DNA of 64,000 nucleotides, taken from assembly GCA_944322275.1 (NCBI GenBank), contig CALUOV010000001.1, positions 34,779 to 98,778 on the forward strand, given 5' to 3'. The notes beneath the pieces were generated by a model, which did no database searches, had not been told where the DNA came from, and was given only the letters and a program-made list of their open reading frames with translations. Below, piece by piece: positions 57,315 to 64,000 of the stretch. The stretch comes from an uncultured Bacteroides sp. GTDB taxonomy: Bacteria; Bacteroidota; Bacteroidia; Bacteroidales; Bacteroidaceae. The number at the start of each line of letters is the position of its first letter. The stretch's first letter is position 1. The translations under genes were made by a program, and so were the position numbers.

Positions 57315-59816
57315 TTATTTCATTTCTTTTCCAGTAAGCTGTAGCGAACAATCGCTCATTTCTTGTGTCTGCCACTTTCCGTTTATTTGGTCGTAAAGCA
57401 CAGAAGCATCGTTTTGTTGACAGGTATAATCATTCCCACCAATATTGATTTTTTCTATTCCGTAGCTGAATGTTACCCCGTTGCTTTCATTCTGAATGTG
57501 AAGCGAAGCTGGTTGTTTGGCGCTCAGTTCCGCTTCAATCACCCAGTCACCACAACGAAAACTATTTCCATCACGTACTATTTCCACAGATTTATGGCCA
57601 TCAGCCTCTACTTGAATAATAGTTAGAATACGAGTCGCTTTACAAGGCGCAAATCGTGCGGCAAGTGACCACTCCGGACTAAAGTCTTCCCCACGAACTG
57701 CATTCTTTATGTTGGGAGCGGCAACATATTGGTCTGTTTGAGTAATATTACAAGCCTGATCACAGAACAGACGGGCAACGGAACGTACACCTGTTTCCGG
57801 ATATTCCGTAACCAATGTCGCATGAGTTTCATCTATAGTAAATTTAACCGGACTATGCAACAGCCAATCCCAATGAACATCCTTATCGGCTTCCAGTTCA
57901 TCATAGATAATTACCTTATCGGGATGCAACAGAAAAATATGCCGGCGATATTTCTTCAACGGTGTTTCTCCAAATCCATTTTCACGCGATTGTTCCAGTC
58001 CCTGATTGGCAAAATTCTGTTTCCACATGGCATACTCACTGACACCGCAATAGGCGTGCGAGGCATCCCCCAATGCATATGAAATATGGTCTCCGCCAAG
58101 CATACGAGTGATATAACCGTAAGCCCGGATGGTGAAAGGTTGCCCGATGCTGTCCACCAATATCGTATTGTAAGCCCGCGTGTTGCGATAAGATAATAAG
58201 TTATGCGCATCAGAGAAATTCATATAATGACCTACAGCCCGATAGAGCGGCCTACCTCCATAGTGCAGGTTAAAAGCGTTCTGATTGGAGTGAGTATGGC
58301 TGCCCGAACCGTAAGGACTGGAATGAAAACTCAGACTGAGATTATGTTTCAAATCCCTCAGATTAGTATTGGCCATCATTTCACCGCTGTCTTTGAACCA
58401 GACAGCCTTGGGCGCATCAGCAGGAAGTTCGTCAGAGGCCGGACGCTGTTTGCCGCTTGCCAACCGATAGAGACGGGTTTCGTATTCATCAAGATAACGG
58501 TTGTTGAGTGAAGAATACCAGGCAGCATAGGGGTCACCCGTGGTGCGTGCCAGCAAATCGGCAAAGGCACTCCGGATACGCAAGGGTTTGGGATTCATCT
58601 GTTCGTGTCCGTCGCCAAAGCCCGCTGCCATGGAGCCAGGCAACCAACTGTAAGCCTGTCCGATGCCTGCATTCTGGAAAAAAGGATGCTGAAAGAAGTC
58701 TGTACCCGTCAGATAAGAGAACAAGGCCGATACATAATATAAGGAAACCGCGTTGGCACTGAAATAGGAAGTACCGTTGTGCCAATTGCCATCCCGGTTG
58801 AAACCAGATGCCGGAGCACGTGAAGTCCAAAGCTCATAACTGTACTCCAAATAATCTTTCACTTCAGGATACTTGTCATAAATGGCAAGTGAAGCTTGCA
58901 GAAGATGACGAAACGTGAATTGCCAAAAGTGGTTGTCGAAGATATGCACTTCTTCCTTACCAACAATGTGGGGCGTGTACTGACGCAGGATGCGCAAAAT
59001 AATGTTTTCTATCCGTGTGCGTTCGTCTGAAGTCAGGCGTTCATAACAAGTTTCATACGTACATGCCAGTATATAGGCCAACTCACCAGCCTGGAAATCG
59101 TTGTCGAGAATCCGCTGCTCAGGTTCTTGAGCCAAGAGACAACGTACGTTTTGTACCATCTTGTCAGCATACACATCCCGTTGGAACATGGTATAAGCCG
59201 TATTCAGATAATCCGTATGAATATACATCAACGAAGTCTTCCGATAGGGATATTTATCAGTACGATAATCCATAGCCAAAGCTTCGCGCGACTCTGTTAT
59301 CATCGGTTCAAAATCAGGATGATTACGCATTCGATGACGGGCACTTTCCAATGAGTCTTGCAAAAAGCAATAAATACGGTGATGCTCAGCTGGAATACGT
59401 TTTAGGAATTTATCAAAAGACGAAGTAACGAACTGAGGCACATCATCCAACACTTGAAATGAATAAGTCTCACTCCAAGGCATTACCTCCCCTTCCTTGC
59501 TTACTGAGCGTACGCGCCAATACCAAGTGCCTGATTCAAGTATGCGATGAGGATTATAGATATTCCATGGTACCGGTTTGGAAAGAATAGTACCTGAGGA
59601 TTCAAACTTTTTGTCACGTGAAAGATTGAACTGTAAGAAATCCGTTTTCTTCATGGAAGCCGGCACTAATAAGGGAGCCGGATTAATATAAAGTGTATGC
59701 CACTCTTGTGGATAAGGCGTTTGCCGCTCATTTTCATGAATACCTTCCGTGGTTCGAGCCGCTACGGAGAAAAACGTCATCAGGCACGCGATAAAGGGTA
59801 ATAAAGATTTATTCAT
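57315..59816 (-). CDS. DUF4962 + heparinase II/III-like polysaccharide lyase (PL15-like)
   Basis: Signal peptide, WYWRV, DNHFWQ, GFGDG, SSPYGSGSHTHSNQNAF, WLLHS. Confidence 0.8.
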   Translation of the reverse strand: MNKSLLPFIACLMTFFSVAARTTEGIHENERQTPYPQEWHTLYINPAPLLVPASMKKTDFLQFNLSRDKKFESSGTILSKPVPWNIYNPHRILESGTWYWRVRSVSKEGEVMPWSETYSFQVLDDVPQFVTSSFDKFLKRIPAEHHRIYCFLQDSLESARHRMRNHPDFEPMITESREALAMDYRTDKYPYRKTSLMYIHTDYLNTAYTMFQRDVYADKMVQNVRCLLAQEPEQRILDNDFQAGELAYILACTYETCYERLTSDERTRIENIILRILRQYTPHIVGKEEVHIFDNHFWQFTFRHLLQASLAIYDKYPEVKDYLEYSYELWTSRAPASGFNRDGNWHNGTSYFSANAVSLYYVSALFSYLTGTDFFQHPFFQNAGIGQAYSWLPGSMAAGFGDGHEQMNPKPLRIRSAFADLLARTTGDPYAAWYSSLNNRYLDEYETRLYRLASGKQRPASDELPADAPKAVWFKDSGEMMANTNLRDLKHNLSLSFHSSPYGSGSHTHSNQNAFNLHYGGRPLYRAVGHYMNFSDAHNLLSYRNTRAYNTILVDSIGQPFTIRAYGYITRMLGGDHISYALGDASHAYCGVSEYAMWKQNFANQGLEQSRENGFGETPLKKYRRHIFLLHPDKVIIYDELEADKDVHWDWLLHSPVKFTIDETHATLVTEYPETGVRSVARLFCDQACNITQTDQYVAAPNIKNAVRGEDFSPEWSLAARFAPCKATRILTIIQVEADGHKSVEIVRDGNSFRCGDWVIEAELSAKQPASLHIQNESNGVTFSYGIEKINIGGNDYTCQQNDASVLYDQINGKWQTQEMSDCSLQLTGKEMK

Positions 59817-59835
59817 ATTCTGTCACTTTTTATTG

Positions 59836-59843
59836 CAAATGTA
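59836..59843 (-). promoter_or_regulatory. -7 promoter box for the lyase-GH88 unit
   Basis: TACATTTG on the minus strand 20 bp upstream of ATG. Confidence 0.6.
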
Positions 59844-59990
59844 GCAAAATGACAATCCACAAGTATTCATTCCCGTACAAATTCCCAACAAATTTGTAGC
59901 AGTCATTTTCACTTTTATTCAAAAAGACCCCAAATCTGTTCAATAACAGCCTGCATACCTGATTCAGACAGGAACATCCCCGACAAACAC

Positions 59991-60662
59991 TTAACGTGAA
60001 ATCCGAAAGCCACTAAAAATAATATGGTTGGTAAGTAAACGCAAGCCAAAATATCCATCCCCCTCTCCTGCCTGACGAAATGAAGTACGGAAAAGTAATT
60101 CTCCATCTACATAAAAAGCTGTATAATCCTCCTTTACCACGATACGGATCTGATAATAATGAGCTGGCTTCAACAAATGCTCCGAATCTGTGTATTCTTT
60201 AATAATGGGACGAGCAATGTCATCCTCCGAATCTGCACCGGTACCATAATAACGACGGAAGCGAGTCGTACTATTATGATTACCGCCATAACCTACATAA
60301 AACAAGTTTAAGGTCTTGTAATGTTGGAAAATACCATTCCGCCAACATCCACGGGCAAAAAAGTCATCAGGATACAGCGGATCATTAGCCGCCCAAAAAC
60401 AATTCAAGTCACTTAACCGGTCATACACTCCACCTTCCATCACCATTTGCACCTGATAGCTGATTTCATAGTTGCCCGTCAATTTATGGTTATACCATAA
60501 AGTAACACCTTGAGGAGAAACGATCTCCAACGTATCTTTTGAGACATCGATTTGCATTTGGCCCGAATGGTCTTCAGCTATCCAATTCTTCAGCGTAATG
60601 GTCTGTGCCATCAAAAGTTGAACTGTCCAAACAAAAACTCCAGTAACAAAAAGTCGTATCAT
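59991..60662 (-). CDS. DUF6250-like secreted beta-sandwich protein
   Basis: Signal peptide, DRLSDLNCFW, YVGYGGNHNSTTRFRRY. Confidence 0.7.
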   Translation of the reverse strand: MIRLFVTGVFVWTVQLLMAQTITLKNWIAEDHSGQMQIDVSKDTLEIVSPQGVTLWYNHKLTGNYEISYQVQMVMEGGVYDRLSDLNCFWAANDPLYPDDFFARGCWRNGIFQHYKTLNLFYVGYGGNHNSTTRFRRYYGTGADSEDDIARPIIKEYTDSEHLLKPAHYYQIRIVVKEDYTAFYVDGELLFRTSFRQAGEGDGYFGLRLLTNHIIFSGFRISR

Positions 60663-60703
60663 AATCAGTTACTCTTATCTAACCTATAGTCAATTCATAT
60701 AAA

Positions 60704-63700
60704 TTATCCGTTCCGAGACTTTTTCTCATACTCCGAAGGCTGGCAACCGAAATACTTCTTAAAGCTGCTGGCAAAGTAAGAGGGAGTATTGTAACCTACC
60801 ATCATACTCACTTCCGCCACCGTATAACGTCCCTCCTTCAACAATTGAGCCGCTCGGTTGAAACGAATCTTACGGATAAAGTCGTTGGCCGATTCCCCGG
60901 TAAGTGCCTTCAATTTAGTATGCAAACCTGAACGACTCATACACATCTCACGAGCAAACAATTCTGTCGAAAAATCCACGTCATCCAAATGAGTTTCTAC
61001 TACATGGATTGCTTTTTCCAACAGTTCCTGATCCAAAGCGTTGAGAGCTATCTTTTCCGGTTCCACTTCTTGGGACTGCGAGTATCGTTGACGGATCAGA
61101 TAACGCATACGGAACATATTCCGTATCTTGGCAAAGACCACCGGCATAGCGAAAGGCTTGGGTATATAGTCATCCGCACCCACTTGCAGTCCCTCCAACT
61201 GTTCTTTGATATCCGCCTTAGCAGATAAAATGATGACAGGAATATGGCTGGTTCGCAAGTTTTGTTTGACTTGTTTACAAAGTTGAATGCCATCCGTCCC
61301 CGGCATCATGACATCTGTCAATATCAGTTCGATATCATCCTGTTCTTTCAATATGGCAAGCGCTTCATCCCCATTAGCCGCCTCAGCCACTCTAAAACAC
61401 GGTATCAATTCCGTTGCCAGATAATGACGGATATCCGAATTATCTTCCACCACCAAAATATGTTCCCTATTTTGTGGAGCAGCGTTTTCCACATCATTTT
61501 CCTCTTTAACCGGTGAAGCCATTGTATCGGATACGTCATCAGTATCCAACGTGTACATGATTTGGGCATTGGTCGTATATTGCTGTTCGTCCGCTCCGGT
61601 CACGACGTGTTCTTCCGGCTTGTACGAACGTTCATCCGTAGGCAGATACACTGAGAATGTACTCCCTATTCCTTCTGTGCTTTCCAATTCTATCCGTCCG
61701 TGATGCAACTCTACCAATCGTTGTACCAATGAAAGCCCAATACCACTCCCCGGATGTTCGTTATCTACTTGATAAAAACGCTCGAATATTTTGCCTTGCT
61801 TATCTATGGGAATGCCATTGCCTGTGTCCGCAACCTGAAGCAACAGCGTATGACCTGTTTCCTGCAGAGTCAAGCTAATGCTTTTACCTTCGCCGGTATA
61901 TTTAAATGCATTGGACAACAAGTTGTTCACAATCAGTTCCAAATAATGAGGATCACACAACACAAGCTTATCCTCCAAATCGGAATAGAAATTATAGGTT
62001 ATCTTTTTCTGTTGTGCCACCCGCTCATAAAACAAAAAGTCTTTTTCGATGATGCGACAAATAGGAACCGACTTGACTTTCAGACTGAAAACGCCTAACT
62101 CGGCCCGTCGATAGTCCATTAATTGATTGACTAAATGCAGCAAACGGTTGGCATTGCGTTGTACCAGATTCAACTGATTTCGAATCCAATGGTCATTGAC
62201 CTTACCCAACATCTCCTGCAATGGAGAGATAATAAGCGTAAGCGGTGTGCGCAGCTCGTGAGAAATGTTGATAAAGAAACGTAACTTCATTTCATTGACT
62301 TCTTTCTGACGTTCCTTGTCTATGCGTTCCATTTCGATTTGTGCCTTCATGGTCTTCCGAACCCAAAAATAACGAAATACAAAAACGGAAGCCCCAATAA
62401 AAGCTGCTATGAACAACAAGGTTGCCCACCAAGTCTTATACCACACTGGCAGAATAGTAACCCCCAATTCAGTGGGCACATCATTCCACTTACCATCGTT
62501 ATTAGCGGCTTTTACCAGAAATCGGTAAGTTCCGTGCGGAAGATTCGAGTAGAACGCCGTACGGCGCGTATCGGTATAATACCATTCTTTGTCATAACCG
62601 TCCAATTTATAAGCAAACGTGTTATGATCGCCCGATACATAGTTCGAAACCACAAAACTCAAGGAAAACGAAGTTTGATCGGCATCCAACGTAATGCTTC
62701 GGGTCTCACTGATGTTTTGAGTTAAAATGCCGGTTTCATCTCCAGGAGCAACCGGTTTATTGAACAATTTCAGCTGATTGATGACAACAGAAGGGATATA
62801 AGGATTGTCCACAAGCTGATTAGGATTGAAAATCACCACCCCTTTCATTCCACCGAAATACATCATTCCGTCTGATGTCTGGCAAGAAGCATTAGGAGCA
62901 AACTGGCTGTTTTGTAACTCATCAATGGAGTAAGAACGGAACCTTTCGGTTTGTGGATAGAAAGTACACAAACCCTTGTCCGTTCCTATCCACAACCGGC
63001 CGTTAGTATCTTCCTGAATACTATGCACTACATTATTGGGAAGCCCGTTTACTGTTGTATATCGCTTCAGGCTTTGATTCTTTTCATCATATTGATAAAG
63101 GCCGTTTCGAGTTCCTATCCAAAAAAGTCCATCTTTGGCTTCATAGAAACAATTGACAAACGAGTGACAAAGAGAAGATTGCTCAGGCAAGACCTGGCAC
63201 CGTTTCAAATAATCTCCTTTTTCCACATAAGTCGACAAGCCCACCTCACTGACAAGCCATAGCCGCCCTTTGCTGTCCGTTTGAATATCTGTCACTCTAC
63301 TAAAATCCTGATTCAAGGCAGAATTCTCATGGAAAGCATCTATCGTCCGAGTATGCATATTGAAATAATACAACTTATCTATACCACTAATCAGAAAATT
63401 GCCATCATTGGTCTGTTTAAGCGCATAACAGTTTTTAAGTTTAGCATTATAAATGGTGGAAATAGCCCCTGACTTCCGATGTAGAATGCTTAGACCTCCT
63501 GTATGAGTCCCAATGTAAACAAGGTCTTTCTCCTCATCAATATAAATGGATTTGATATCATTCGATCTCAATCCATCTTTCTGGGTATAATAAGTAATGG
63601 TATGGTCATGCGGATTGTAACGATTGACACCTCCACGGTTTGTCCCAATCCAAACTTCTCCATTAGCATCTGCCTGAATGCAATTGATGACATTTGAGCT

Positions 63701-64000
63701 CAACGGAGTAAGATGACTGTCCGTACGCAGGCTCTGAAAACGATTTTTAAGCGGATGATAATAATAGATTCCGCCGTAATAAGTGGCCAGCCAAACACCC
63801 CCCTGAATATCCGAATAGATATCACGTACAGAAAGTTTATAGAGGTCATCATTATGAATGGCCTGACTATAGTCTATAAAACAATCCTGTTTTTCATCAT
63901 AGATATTCAGCGAATTGAGCGTTCCTACCCACAAACGGTTTTGATTGTCCAAAGTAAGAACACGCACATAGTCAGAACTGATGCTGCCCTTGCTCGGGGA
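60704..64000 (-). CDS. Hybrid two-component system sensor-regulator (5' end outside window)
   Basis: Beta-propeller repeats (LWIGT), Y_Y_Y domain, TM, ISHELRTPL, GSGIGL, receiver (LTDVMMP), AraC HTH; the frame stays open to 64000. Confidence 0.95.
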   Translation of the reverse strand, partial: SPSKGSISSDYVRVLTLDNQNRLWVGTLNSLNIYDEKQDCFIDYSQAIHNDDLYKLSVRDIYSDIQGGVWLATYYGGIYYYHPLKNRFQSLRTDSHLTPLSSNVINCIQADANGEVWIGTNRGGVNRYNPHDHTITYYTQKDGLRSNDIKSIYIDEEKDLVYIGTHTGGLSILHRKSGAISTIYNAKLKNCYALKQTNDGNFLISGIDKLYYFNMHTRTIDAFHENSALNQDFSRVTDIQTDSKGRLWLVSEVGLSTYVEKGDYLKRCQVLPEQSSLCHSFVNCFYEAKDGLFWIGTRNGLYQYDEKNQSLKRYTTVNGLPNNVVHSIQEDTNGRLWIGTDKGLCTFYPQTERFRSYSIDELQNSQFAPNASCQTSDGMMYFGGMKGVVIFNPNQLVDNPYIPSVVINQLKLFNKPVAPGDETGILTQNISETRSITLDADQTSFSLSFVVSNYVSGDHNTFAYKLDGYDKEWYYTDTRRTAFYSNLPHGTYRFLVKAANNDGKWNDVPTELGVTILPVWYKTWWATLLFIAAFIGASVFVFRYFWVRKTMKAQIEMERIDKERQKEVNEMKLRFFINISHELRTPLTLIISPLQEMLGKVNDHWIRNQLNLVQRNANRLLHLVNQLMDYRRAELGVFSLKVKSVPICRIIEKDFLFYERVAQQKKITYNFYSDLEDKLVLCDPHYLELIVNNLLSNAFKYTGEGKSISLTLQETGHTLLLQVADTGNGIPIDKQGKIFERFYQVDNEHPGSGIGLSLVQRLVELHHGRIELESTEGIGSTFSVYLPTDERSYKPEEHVVTGADEQQYTTNAQIMYTLDTDDVSDTMASPVKEENDVENAAPQNREHILVVEDNSDIRHYLATELIPCFRVAEAANGDEALAILKEQDDIELILTDVMMPGTDGIQLCKQVKQNLRTSHIPVIILSAKADIKEQLEGLQVGADDYIPKPFAMPVVFAKIRNMFRMRYLIRQRYSQSQEVEPEKIALNALDQELLEKAIHVVETHLDDVDFSTELFAREMCMSRSGLHTKLKALTGESANDFIRKIRFNRAAQLLKEGRYTVAEVSMMVGYNTPSYFASSFKKYFGCQPSEYEKKSRNG

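Overview
Chromosomal window from a Bacteroidales gut anaerobe (Bacteroides/Phocaeicola-like). The assignment rests on many TAnnTTTG -7 promoter boxes and on conserved gene order such as dnaN-exonuclease-coaBC-recN-rlmB and rlmN-pdxA-sigma54 activator-lptE-secG. All but three credible genes are on the minus strand. 1-18.3 kb and 41.3-55.8 kb are housekeeping genes. 55.9-64 kb is a hybrid two-component system / lyase / GH88 glycosaminoglycan-type module. The accessory region (18.6-41.2 kb) is a Wzx/Wzy glycan locus with no UpxY or Wza/Wzc visible. It contains (i) a cytidylyltransferase-PLP enzyme fusion, an ornithine-cyclodeaminase-family enzyme, LicD and a lipoprotein phosphoesterase, a candidate pathway for an unusual phospho-amino-alcohol or opine glycan substituent; (ii) a RiPP-like cassette (HprK-like kinase, Ser/His signal-peptidase-like protease, NTP_transf_5 nucleotidyltransferase, ABC exporter) around wecA, with no precursor, RRE or cyclase visible; and (iii) three AAA-ATPase/PD-(D/E)XK genes. 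Two of these form a 1807-bp tandem duplication with a sharply bounded divergent patch, and two 22-bp-period repeat arrays lie upstream of them. Other observations are a long G-U-rich hairpin at the end of the glycan locus and a 7-bp duplication that truncates the gene upstream of pdxA. No rRNA, tRNA, CRISPR or transposase was recognised. All calls come from motif recognition by eye; no searches were run.
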